A stretch of DNA of 24,772 nucleotides from a virus (taxonomy: Duplodnaviria > Caudoviricetes): positions 1 to 24,772 of IMG/VR virus record IMGVR_UViG_3300043399_000055. The stretch is one strand, 5' to 3'. This document shows, piece after piece, positions 1 through 8,635 of this stretch (its first letter is position 1; the number at the start of each line of letters is the position of its first letter). The notes beneath the pieces were generated by a model, which was not told where the DNA came from, made no database searches, and saw only the letters and a program-made list of their open reading frames with translations. Made by a program: the position numbers and the translations under genes.

Positions 1-2
1 AT

Positions 3-3000
3 GTTCTAACACTTCTTCCTGGAGATAACATTGGTATTACAGCAGATAGTCTCACGGATACAATAACAATATCTGCTACAGCTAATCTTATCCCAGCCTT
101 TGATCAGGCTAACGCTGCTGGTGCAATTGGTTCCGCTGCTTATGATCAGGCTAATGCTGCTTTTATTTTGGCTAACAACACGCTTGGTATTCCTCCAGCT
201 ATATCTCAGATTTTTGTTGCTAATGGTTCTCAAACCACATTTACACTAGCCAACAGCGTAGCTCAACAAAATAACACTGTCGTTTCTGTTGATGGTCTTG
301 TTCAAATTCCAGAACTTCACTATACTATTTCTGGTACAACATTAACTTTCACATCTCAGCCTGTCAATCAAAGTAATATTGAAGTCAGGTTGTTTTCAAC
401 TTTTTCACAAATCATTTCTCAGTCTGGTGCAAATACTGATTATGCAAATGCGGTTGGCTTAGCAGCAAATACTATTGCTATTGCAGCTTTTGATAAAGCA
501 AATACACCATTTACACTTAATGGTCAGACAATATATCTTGGAAATACATCAAGTCTGCACCAACTTAGCAATTCTGGTTATAATCTTGTATTAAACTCTG
601 ATGGGTCACTGACTGTTCCTAATGGTATTCAAATTCCTACAGGAAGCGATTTTTATTTTACAGGTCCTAGTGCGGGTGCACCAAACTATTGGGGAAGCAT
701 TAACATAAATTGGGGAAGTTCACCAAACTATTCATCATTCCAGATGAACAAGTATGGTGCTTATCTTTTCTCATCTGAGCGCGTTCAGTTTGTTGCTAAC
801 ACAAAAACTTGGAATCTTGATTCGGCTGGCGATTTAACTTTTCCTGATGGCACAAAGCAATCTACTGCATATGTATCAGAAGTTTTCGACAAAGCAAATT
901 CGGCCAATCTTTTAGCCTATAATACAGGTGTTGGTGCTAATGCTTATGCTTCTTCTGTAGGTGTAGCAGCAAATACATATGCAGATACAGTAGGAATTTC
1001 AGCTAATACCTTTGCTTCGGCTACTATTGCAGGAGCCAATGCGGCCGTAGGAACTGGAGCAAATGCCTATGCTGATATTGTAGGCACATCGGCTAATGCT
1101 TTTACTAGTGCAACCATTGCAGGTGCTAATACCGCTGTTGGCACAGGTGCTAATGCTTATTCGGCTATAGTCGGTACAAGTGCTAATGCTTTCACCTCTG
1201 CAACCATAGCTGGTGCCAACACAGAGGTTGGTGCTGGCGCCAATTCTTATGCCGACACAGTAGGAACATCAGCTAATGCTTTTACCTCTGCAACAATCGC
1301 TGGTGCTAATACTGCCGTTGGGGCAGGTGCCAATTCTTATGCCGACACAGTAGGTACTAGCGCAAACTTATATGCCGATGTAGTTGGATCAAGTTCTAAT
1401 GATTTTACATCAACCACAATAGCTGGCGCAAATACTGCTGTTGGTGCTGGTGCTAATGCCTTTACTTCCGCTACAATTGCTGGTGCTAATACAGCAGTAG
1501 GAACAGGTGCTAACAACTATTCTAATGCAACGTTTGTTAGGCTTGATGCGGCTAATCAAACTATCACAGGTAATTTGAATATTGTTGGCAATTTTACATT
1601 ATCAGGAAATACAATTTTTCTTGATGCTACTAGACTTCAAATTGATGATCCTCTCATTTATCTTGCTGGTAACAATTATACATCTGACGTTGTAGACATT
1701 GGTTTTATTGCTAATTATGTTAATGCAACAGGTTCAAATGTTCACACAGGTCTTTATCGTGAACATGAGAATAAGATGTATTATCTATTTAATGGTTATG
1801 ATAAAGAACCTATAAACAATCATATTGGTGCGATGTCAAACAACATGACGTTGGCCGTTCTGAACGCTGATATGATTACTAGCAACTTAACTCTTGGTGG
1901 TCAGAATACTATTCTATGGATTAGATCAGCATATGACCAAGCCAATGCAGCTAATCTTCTTGCTTATAATACAGGCATCGGTGCTAATGCTTTTACTTCA
2001 GCTACAATTGCAGGTGCCAATACTGCCGTTGGTGCTGGTGCTAACGCATTTACTTCTGCTGCTGTTTCTGGTGCAAATACAATTGCTATTGCAGCATTTG
2101 TTAAAGCCAACTCAACAACTTACACATCAAATGTCGTTATCTCTGTTGCCGACAATACCAACTCAGCACTCAGAATTACACAGACAGGAACACAACCTGC
2201 TCTTGAAATTGCTGGTAATACTACAATTACAGGTACAGGTCGTCGCATCATTGGTGACTTTAGCAATGCGACGGTTGCTAATCGCTTGATGTTTCAAACA
2301 AGCACTACAAATGGCGCATCATATGTGCATGTATTACCAAACGGAACATCTTCAGCGGCAGGCTTTATAGCTTATGCGTCAAGCTCTGATCCTGGCAATA
2401 CATCTACGTTTCAAACACGAGTAGCATTAGATAACAATCAAGTAGTTCTTTATTCTAATATTACAGGCACTGGCACTTACCTCCCAATGACGTTCTACAC
2501 GAGCGGCACGGAAAAATTTCGCATTGCAGCGGATGCCACAGGAACATTTACTTTTGGTGGCACCGCGCCGCGCATCACTGGCGACTTTAGTAATGCCACA
2601 TTTGCAAACCGAGTATTTTTTCAATCAAGCGGCACAAATACACAAACGGCTGTAGGTGTATTACCAAATGGAACAAGTCAAACTTCACAATTATATTGTT
2701 GGAATAATAGTGATCCATCTTCTGCTATAGCAGGTGTTGGATTACTTGCAAGTGCCACAGATGCGCGCATACAAGCACAAGTGGCAAACGGTGGTACTGC
2801 GCTACCTATGACATTTTACACAAACCAAATCGAACGCGCTCGACTTACCACTAATGGTGATTTTGGTATTGGAACAACTAATCCAGTCAATAATTCTGGA
2901 TATAATACGCTTACCATAAATGGTACCTCTGGCGGTGTTCTACAATTACAGACAAACGGAACAAACGCATTTCAAGTATTCAGTGGAGCAAGTGCAGTCT

Positions 3001-3479
3001 ACTTGAATGGTATGACGGCGCTTCCAATGCTGTTCTACACAAATGCTACAGAGAAAATGCGTATTGATGCCTCAGGTAATGTTTCTATCGGTACAACTTC
3101 AACCACATACAAACTAGAAGTCAACGGTTCATTTGCGGCTACTACAAAGTCATTCGTTATCAACCATCCAACAAAACCTGGCAAAAAACTCCGTTACGGA
3201 TCTCTTGAAGGTCCAGAAAATGGTGTCTACGTTCGTGGTAAACTTGTCAATCAAAACACCATTGAGTTGCCTGAATATTGGACAAAACTGGTTGATCCAA
3301 ATTCCATAACTGTTCAACTAACACCAATTGGTAAACATCATAAACTCTACGTTGACAAGATAGAAGATAATAAAGTTTATATCAAGAGCGGTAACATTAG
3401 GAACAAAAACTTCGAATGTTTCTACATCGTCTATGCTGAACGCATCGATGTTGAAAAACTAGAAGTGGAGGTTGACTAA
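3..3479 (+). CDS. Long mosaic tail fibre/adhesin protein (5'-partial; start lies upstream of the window)
   Basis: The frame is open from position 3 (VLTLLPGDNIGITADSLTDTITISATANLIPAFDQANAAG...), so the TTG at 168 is probably internal. It contains a beta-sandwich-like module (ANGSQTTFTL...VDGLVQIP..YTISGTTLTF), Ala/Gly/Asn coiled-coil repeats, duplicated GDFSNAT...LPMTFYT modules, fibre motifs (EKMRIDASGNVSIGT, KLEVNG) and a C-terminal KSFVINHP...LEGPE domain. Confidence 0.85.
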   Translation, partial: VLTLLPGDNIGITADSLTDTITISATANLIPAFDQANAAGAIGSAAYDQANAAFILANNTLGIPPAISQIFVANGSQTTFTLANSVAQQNNTVVSVDGLVQIPELHYTISGTTLTFTSQPVNQSNIEVRLFSTFSQIISQSGANTDYANAVGLAANTIAIAAFDKANTPFTLNGQTIYLGNTSSLHQLSNSGYNLVLNSDGSLTVPNGIQIPTGSDFYFTGPSAGAPNYWGSININWGSSPNYSSFQMNKYGAYLFSSERVQFVANTKTWNLDSAGDLTFPDGTKQSTAYVSEVFDKANSANLLAYNTGVGANAYASSVGVAANTYADTVGISANTFASATIAGANAAVGTGANAYADIVGTSANAFTSATIAGANTAVGTGANAYSAIVGTSANAFTSATIAGANTEVGAGANSYADTVGTSANAFTSATIAGANTAVGAGANSYADTVGTSANLYADVVGSSSNDFTSTTIAGANTAVGAGANAFTSATIAGANTAVGTGANNYSNATFVRLDAANQTITGNLNIVGNFTLSGNTIFLDATRLQIDDPLIYLAGNNYTSDVVDIGFIANYVNATGSNVHTGLYREHENKMYYLFNGYDKEPINNHIGAMSNNMTLAVLNADMITSNLTLGGQNTILWIRSAYDQANAANLLAYNTGIGANAFTSATIAGANTAVGAGANAFTSAAVSGANTIAIAAFVKANSTTYTSNVVISVADNTNSALRITQTGTQPALEIAGNTTITGTGRRIIGDFSNATVANRLMFQTSTTNGASYVHVLPNGTSSAAGFIAYASSSDPGNTSTFQTRVALDNNQVVLYSNITGTGTYLPMTFYTSGTEKFRIAADATGTFTFGGTAPRITGDFSNATFANRVFFQSSGTNTQTAVGVLPNGTSQTSQLYCWNNSDPSSAIAGVGLLASATDARIQAQVANGGTALPMTFYTNQIERARLTTNGDFGIGTTNPVNNSGYNTLTINGTSGGVLQLQTNGTNAFQVFSGASAVYLNGMTALPMLFYTNATEKMRIDASGNVSIGTTSTTYKLEVNGSFAATTKSFVINHPTKPGKKLRYGSLEGPENGVYVRGKLVNQNTIELPEYWTKLVDPNSITVQLTPIGKHHKLYVDKIEDNKVYIKSGNIRNKNFECFYIVYAERIDVEKLEVEVD
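900..1530 (+). repeat. Intragenic 11+11+8 aa (90-bp period) coiled-coil repeat
   Basis: The units ANxYADxVGTS / ANAFTSATIAG / ANTAVGxG recur. An exact DNA copy, gccaattcttatgccgacacagtagg, occurs at 1239 and 1329 (offset 90). Further copies lie at about 1935-2110. Confidence 0.9.
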
Positions 3480-5212
3480 TGGGTGTCGGTTATAATTCAA
3501 GAGTTGTAACCAATGGATTGGTGTTATCTTTAGACGCCGCTAACCCAAAATGTTTTCCTACAACTACCCCTATACAAGAACATGGTTATGCGGATTGGTA
3601 TTGTTTTGTTACTGGAACTGCAACATATTCAATAGTTAGTTCAGGTGTTTCTATTATTGAAAGAGATACCAACGGCACTCTCACCACAATGGTCGCATCA
3701 TCATCTGGACCAACAAGAGGTACATTTACAGTAACAGCAGGTAGAACATACTATGGAGTAGGTGGTCCTATCAATCTAGTTGTAGAAGATGCTCAACATT
3801 CTATTGCTCCATTGACTATGGTTGGCACACAATTTTTACATACCGCTGCCAGAAATGCTAATGCAACATTTTATGTCTATTCGCCTTTTGCTAGTGCCAC
3901 CGTTAAGTTTTTTGACAATCCTGCCAGTGGAGGCATAACTGCTGCACCAACAACCACGACTACTGTAGCAGCAGGTAACACAACAACCTTTACATCTGCT
4001 AATGTCAATGTTTATTTTTTCATTTCATCAGATCAACCTATATTAGTCACTACTACACAAAGCGGTGCAGATAAAACCATATTATCTCCTGCTTCAAAAT
4101 ATGTCTATCAACGCTATTTGGCTTATGATTATACTGTAATTGGAACAACAGCAACTACTAGAAATAACTATTGTATCTCTGATCCTACAAATTCAGTAAT
4201 GGCAATTACTATTGCTGATGGTTCTGGAGGAGATTGTGCTCAAGGTTTAGGATTAGAATTTCTTTCTGATCGTTATTCGTGGGGTAATGTTTTATCTGAT
4301 TATGCTATTGTTTTTCCTTATACTGCAACAGTCACAGTTTCTTATTGGAATGGTAGCGCATGGGTCGTATGGGATACACATACTGTTACTGGTAATTTGA
4401 CAAATCCTTCTCGCGTTTTTCGTGATGGTACAAATGGTCCTGGTGTAGAAGGCAACGTGCTCTCTGGTGCTGCGACTAATATGGCTTCAGGTGCTACTCT
4501 TTGGAAATGGGAAGGTACTGCACCTTTCTATCTTTGTATCAATGATAGTGCTGACGATGAATTTTCTGTATTAGGGTGGATGAACACTAGAGTTACTGAT
4601 AGAAATAAAAATCAATATTGGATCGATTCAATATCAAACAATCAGTTGGCGGTACACGGATCACTAATTTATAATTCAGCGGGTTATTGGTCTTTTCCAG
4701 ATAATCAAATAACAAATTATCTTGTAGAATCTGTATATCAGGTTCCTACAAGTCAAATAACTTGGTCTTGCTGGTTTAGGTCCAGATTTACTGGTGCACA
4801 ATCACAAACACCTTTTACATATAGCGTAAATGGTGATAATCATTTACTATTGTTTTTATCAAATTCTACGACAGTTTCACCTTATGATATTAATTCACCT
4901 GCACCAATAACAGTAAATGATATGACTAATCAATGGTGCAACTTTGTTTGGACCAGAGATACTGCTACAGGAGTTAGTATTTACTATATGAATGGTATTC
5001 AAGTTTCTACCAGAACTTATTTGGCAGGTACAGCGCCAACTGCTGGTGGTTATTTAATCATTGGTCAAGAAGCAGATTCAGCCGGTGCTGATTTCGATGC
5101 AAACCAAAATCTTGATGGTGATTTTGCAAGACTAGATGTTTATAATCGCGCTTTAACAGCGGCAGAAATACGACAAAATTTCAATGCAATGCGCGGAAGG
5201 TTTGGTATATAA
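3479..5212 (+). CDS. LamG/pentraxin-like virion-associated protein with a ~350-aa insertion
   Basis: The N-terminal VTNGLVLSLDAAN and C-terminal YNRALTAAEIRQNFNAMRGRFG are shared with the next two genes. Pentraxin-like motifs TPFTYS and GGYLIIGQEADS...FDANQ are present. TAATG overlap with the upstream fibre. Confidence 0.8.
   Translation: MGVGYNSRVVTNGLVLSLDAANPKCFPTTTPIQEHGYADWYCFVTGTATYSIVSSGVSIIERDTNGTLTTMVASSSGPTRGTFTVTAGRTYYGVGGPINLVVEDAQHSIAPLTMVGTQFLHTAARNANATFYVYSPFASATVKFFDNPASGGITAAPTTTTTVAAGNTTTFTSANVNVYFFISSDQPILVTTTQSGADKTILSPASKYVYQRYLAYDYTVIGTTATTRNNYCISDPTNSVMAITIADGSGGDCAQGLGLEFLSDRYSWGNVLSDYAIVFPYTATVTVSYWNGSAWVVWDTHTVTGNLTNPSRVFRDGTNGPGVEGNVLSGAATNMASGATLWKWEGTAPFYLCINDSADDEFSVLGWMNTRVTDRNKNQYWIDSISNNQLAVHGSLIYNSAGYWSFPDNQITNYLVESVYQVPTSQITWSCWFRSRFTGAQSQTPFTYSVNGDNHLLLFLSNSTTVSPYDINSPAPITVNDMTNQWCNFVWTRDTATGVSIYYMNGIQVSTRTYLAGTAPTAGGYLIIGQEADSAGADFDANQNLDGDFARLDVYNRALTAAEIRQNFNAMRGRFGI
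5139..5196 (+). repeat. Exact 58-bp direct repeat, copy 1
   Basis: tttataatcgcgctttaacagcggcagaaatacgacaaaatttcaatgcaatgcgcgg, identical to 6457-6514. Confidence 0.95.
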
Positions 5213-5850
5213 TGGGATTAGCACATTCACCTCGAATAGTTACTAACGGATTAGTTTTGTGCTTAGACGCGGCTAATCTAAAGTCGTATCCAGGTAGCGG
5301 AACTACGTGGACAAATATAATAGGTAGTGAAAATAATGGAATATTGCAAAATAGCCCAACATTTGAAACAACAAATGGTGGAAGATTTTTATTAAATGGA
5401 ACTAATCAATATATAACATCAGCATTTGCAACAACTAGTGGGCAAGCAGTAACTTATTGTGGTTGGTTATATTCAACAGAAACAACTGCAACTTATAGAA
5501 ATTTTATTGATACCGTCGGTAGCAGACCAATGATATGGTGGGAAACAAGTGGTAAAATAGAATTTGATGCAGGATTATATACCACAACTGATGTTTATAG
5601 AAATCAATGGGTTTATGTAACACTATCAAAACCTTCAGGCACTTCATCGGCATCATATTATGTTAATGGTATTTTAGTTGGAACAGGATCAACCTATTCG
5701 ACAGCAGCGGCAACAACTACTTGGTTTAATAGAGCAGCCGCGCAAACTTGGAAAGGATATTCTTCAACTATACAGGTTTATAACCGCGCATTAACCGCAG
5801 AAGAAATTGCTCAAAACTATAATGCACTCAGAGGAAGGTTTGGACTATGA
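5212..5850 (+). CDS. LamG/concanavalin-A-like domain protein
   Basis: IVTNGLVLCLDAANLKSYPGSGTTW...NQWVYVT...YYVNG...YNRALTAEEIAQNYNALRGRFG. TAATG overlap. Confidence 0.85.
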   Translation: MGLAHSPRIVTNGLVLCLDAANLKSYPGSGTTWTNIIGSENNGILQNSPTFETTNGGRFLLNGTNQYITSAFATTSGQAVTYCGWLYSTETTATYRNFIDTVGSRPMIWWETSGKIEFDAGLYTTTDVYRNQWVYVTLSKPSGTSSASYYVNGILVGTGSTYSTAAATTTWFNRAAAQTWKGYSSTIQVYNRALTAEEIAQNYNALRGRFGL

Positions 5851-6530
5851 GTGTATATGCTGGTCCTGAGATGTTGACAAATGGTTTGATTTTATGTTTA
5901 GATGCAGGTAATACAAAATCATATCCAGGTAGTGGAACATCTTGCACTGAATTAGCAAGAAATTCTACAGGAACAATTTATAATACACCAACATTTAGTT
6001 CTTCTGATGCTGGAGGGTCGTTTACTTTTGTTGCAGCATCTAGCCAATATATCGACATCAACATAGATTTAGATAATACTTTATCTGCTGGCATTACTAT
6101 GCAAGCATGGGTAAAAATAACATCATATAGCCTTTTTAACAGAATTTTAACAATAAGAGATGCTGCTGGAACTGGTTATCAATATTGGATACAAACAGCT
6201 CCAACTTCAGGAATAATACAATTTGGAACGGCACCAGGAGCATATACAAATGGGTTTAGCGCCGTTGGAACTGGAACGTGGGTTAATCTTGCAGGTACAT
6301 GCAATTATGGATCTTCAAGTATAAAGTTATATATTAACGGTGTGGATGATACTGGTGTAAATACTGGAACACCTGCTTATACAGCAGACGTTGGGTCAGT
6401 ATATATTGCAAGGTTAAATACTACTTATAGCAATTTTGCATTATCAAATGTTCAACTTTATAATCGCGCTTTAACAGCGGCAGAAATACGACAAAATTTC
6501 AATGCAATGCGCGGTAGATTCGGGCTATAA
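5847..6530 (+). CDS. LamG/concanavalin-A-like domain protein
   Basis: TNGLILCLDAGNTKSYPGSGT...TMQAWVK...WVNLAGT...LYING...YNRALTAAEIRQNFNAMRGRFG. ATGA overlap. Confidence 0.85.
   Translation: MSVYAGPEMLTNGLILCLDAGNTKSYPGSGTSCTELARNSTGTIYNTPTFSSSDAGGSFTFVAASSQYIDINIDLDNTLSAGITMQAWVKITSYSLFNRILTIRDAAGTGYQYWIQTAPTSGIIQFGTAPGAYTNGFSAVGTGTWVNLAGTCNYGSSSIKLYINGVDDTGVNTGTPAYTADVGSVYIARLNTTYSNFALSNVQLYNRALTAAEIRQNFNAMRGRFGL
6457..6514 (+). repeat. Exact 58-bp direct repeat, copy 2
   Basis: Identical to 5139-5196, 1318 bp apart. Confidence 0.95.
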
Positions 6531-6533
6531 ATA
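6526..6533 (+). promoter_or_regulatory. T4-type late promoter (gp55 sigma)
   Basis: Perfect TATAAATA ending 24 bp before the ATG at 6558. Confidence 0.75.
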
Positions 6534-6557
6534 TAAAGAATACTAAAGAGAAAAATA

Positions 6558-8306
6558 ATGGCAGTCTCATATAAAGACATTATCATAACACCGAACAGAG
6601 GTTCATCTACAAATGACCCTCAGATAGCCTTTCAGGGTGGCAACACTTCTGTTAATACCACTATTACGCTTAAAGTTTACCCAGAGTCAAACGGAACACT
6701 ATCTTTTGAAGGTTCGGCAGGTCAATTATTCTCCATCACAAACGACCTGACTGGTAGTATCTTCTCGGTTAATGACGTATCGGGTATTCCTTCTATAGAT
6801 GTGAACGCTAATGGTACGATTGCCCTAGCACCATATGGTGGGAATGTTGGTATCGGCAGAGCCACAGCAGGTTATAAATTAGATGTTGTCGGCACGGTCA
6901 ATGCTTCTTCGGTTTTGGTAAATGGAGGCACCACTTTACATATTGGAAATTATAATACATATGCCGTAAAAAGAACGGGTAATCCTGGAAACATAAACCT
7001 AAATTCTTCAACCTACTATACGGGTTCACAGGTCGTAGGTTTTGACGTTGGAACAAATATACCTGGTGGCAACTATGGTACTATGCTCAATATGCAGGAG
7101 AGAGGTGACACTGCTGGGCAGCTCGTAATCGATTACAGCACAGGCTACCTCTTTACTAGAGGTATCCAAACAACTACGCCTACTTTTAGTCCGTGGCGTA
7201 CCTATCTAAATGATGCCAATTATAATTCTTATGCACCAACTTTAACAGGTGGTGGTGCTTCTGGTACCTGGAGTATCAACGTAACAGGTTCAGCAGGTAG
7301 TGCGACGACCGCTACCACAGCGACTAACTGGGGAACTTATGGTGCTGTTCCTGCTGCTGGCACAACTTTTGCTAATGCTTCAACAATAGGTCGTTCGGAT
7401 ACTAACGGTTACACATATTTTGGTTATATCAATAGTAGCACAAGCAATTCAGAAAATCCAACAGTCAGCCAAGTAATTGTTACAAATGGTAGTGATAACT
7501 TCTACAGAAAAGCAAGTATTGCACACTTCACATCTGCTGTTCAAACAAATGCCTCTGGAACCTGGAGTATCAACGTAACAGGTTCAGCAGGTTCAGCTTC
7601 TACTGCAACTACAGCAACAAACCAAAGTGGTGGAACTGTTTCTGCGACTACAGGTAGTTTTACAGGTAGGGTAACTGCTTATGGTGCTTTATCTTCAGGA
7701 ACTCTTCTAAATGCGACAGGCAGCTTAGGTGCTATTGAAATATATGGTGGTGGAGGAGCAAACGCATCCTTCATGACGTTCCATAGACCAGGTGTTTATG
7801 CTTCATACTTCGGTATAGATACTGATAACAACTTTGCTGTTGGTGGTTGGTCAGCAGGTGCTGCATTAGGTTTAATGAAAGTTGGTTCTTTTGGTGTCGG
7901 TACAGCGGCTTCAGGCACCGCGGGTGAAATTCGTGCAACGAACAACATTACCGCTTATTATTCAGATAAGCGACTGAAAGAAATTCAAGGCACTATTCCA
8001 AATGCTCTCAAGAAAGTTAACTCACTCTCAGGCATCATCTATAAAGATAACTATATTGCTAATCAATATGGTTATAATAGTCAAGATGAACAGGTCGGTG
8101 TCATTGCACAAGAAGTTGAAGCTGTTCTTCCGCAAATTGTCAAAGCCGCACCATTTGATATTGCCAAAGATGATGAAGGTAATGAATACTCTAAGTCTGG
8201 TGAGAACTATAAGACGGTACAGTATGATAAGCTCGTTCCATTGTTGATCGAAGCCATCAAAGAGCTATCTGATAAGGTTGAAAGACTGGAAAAAGGTAAA
8301 AAATGA
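6558..8306 (+). CDS. Tail fibre protein with C-terminal peptidase S74-type intramolecular chaperone
   Basis: GNVGIG...YKLDVVG fibre motif, two ASGTWSINVTGSAGSA linkers, and GEIRATNNITAYY|SDKRLK...VGVIAQEVEAVLP...YKTVQYDKLVPLLIEAIKEL typical of S74 (from 7962). Confidence 0.9.
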   Translation: MAVSYKDIIITPNRGSSTNDPQIAFQGGNTSVNTTITLKVYPESNGTLSFEGSAGQLFSITNDLTGSIFSVNDVSGIPSIDVNANGTIALAPYGGNVGIGRATAGYKLDVVGTVNASSVLVNGGTTLHIGNYNTYAVKRTGNPGNINLNSSTYYTGSQVVGFDVGTNIPGGNYGTMLNMQERGDTAGQLVIDYSTGYLFTRGIQTTTPTFSPWRTYLNDANYNSYAPTLTGGGASGTWSINVTGSAGSATTATTATNWGTYGAVPAAGTTFANASTIGRSDTNGYTYFGYINSSTSNSENPTVSQVIVTNGSDNFYRKASIAHFTSAVQTNASGTWSINVTGSAGSASTATTATNQSGGTVSATTGSFTGRVTAYGALSSGTLLNATGSLGAIEIYGGGGANASFMTFHRPGVYASYFGIDTDNNFAVGGWSAGAALGLMKVGSFGVGTAASGTAGEIRATNNITAYYSDKRLKEIQGTIPNALKKVNSLSGIIYKDNYIANQYGYNSQDEQVGVIAQEVEAVLPQIVKAAPFDIAKDDEGNEYSKSGENYKTVQYDKLVPLLIEAIKELSDKVERLEKGKK

Positions 8307-8629
8307 TAACATATACTTACAATTTTATCGGTGCTGAGTTTGATCAAAATAGTGATCTTGAAAAAACTATCAAGACTCTTCACTGGCAACTGATAGCATC
8401 GAAAGATGAAACGACCATTTCTATTCCGTTTACTACGATACTAGACGCTGCTGTAGAAGATAACTTTATAAGTTTTGAAGATATAGCAAAAGAACAACTT
8501 ATCACATGGGTTTCTGATAAGATGGGCAACGATTACATTGATTACATTAAAAATCTTCTTGCAGAAGAAATAGTAAAAAAGAAAAACTTCAGTTCTATTG
8601 AACCATTCGATCAAACTATAAAGAATTAG
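8303..8629 (+). CDS. Small acidic protein, likely fibre-associated
   Basis: 108 aa, ATGA-coupled to the fibre. The pattern HW...FISFEDIAKEQLITWV is one I recall from small genes next to fibres in environmental phages. Function unknown. Confidence 0.6.
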   Translation: MITYTYNFIGAEFDQNSDLEKTIKTLHWQLIASKDETTISIPFTTILDAAVEDNFISFEDIAKEQLITWVSDKMGNDYIDYIKNLLAEEIVKKKNFSSIEPFDQTIKN

Positions 8630-8635
8630 AAGTAA

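Noticed and set aside
168-170. TTG as the start of the first fibre
   Set aside because: The frame is open to the window edge with fibre-like sequence (AFDQANAA repeats), so the true start is probably upstream.
900-1530. Periodic DNA as a CRISPR array
   Set aside because: The repeats are in-frame coding units with synonymous variation and no unique spacers.
5139-6514. 58-bp repeat as a diversity-generating retroelement TR/VR pair
   Set aside because: The copies are identical with no adenine-specific mismatches, both are coding, and there is no reverse transcriptase in the window.
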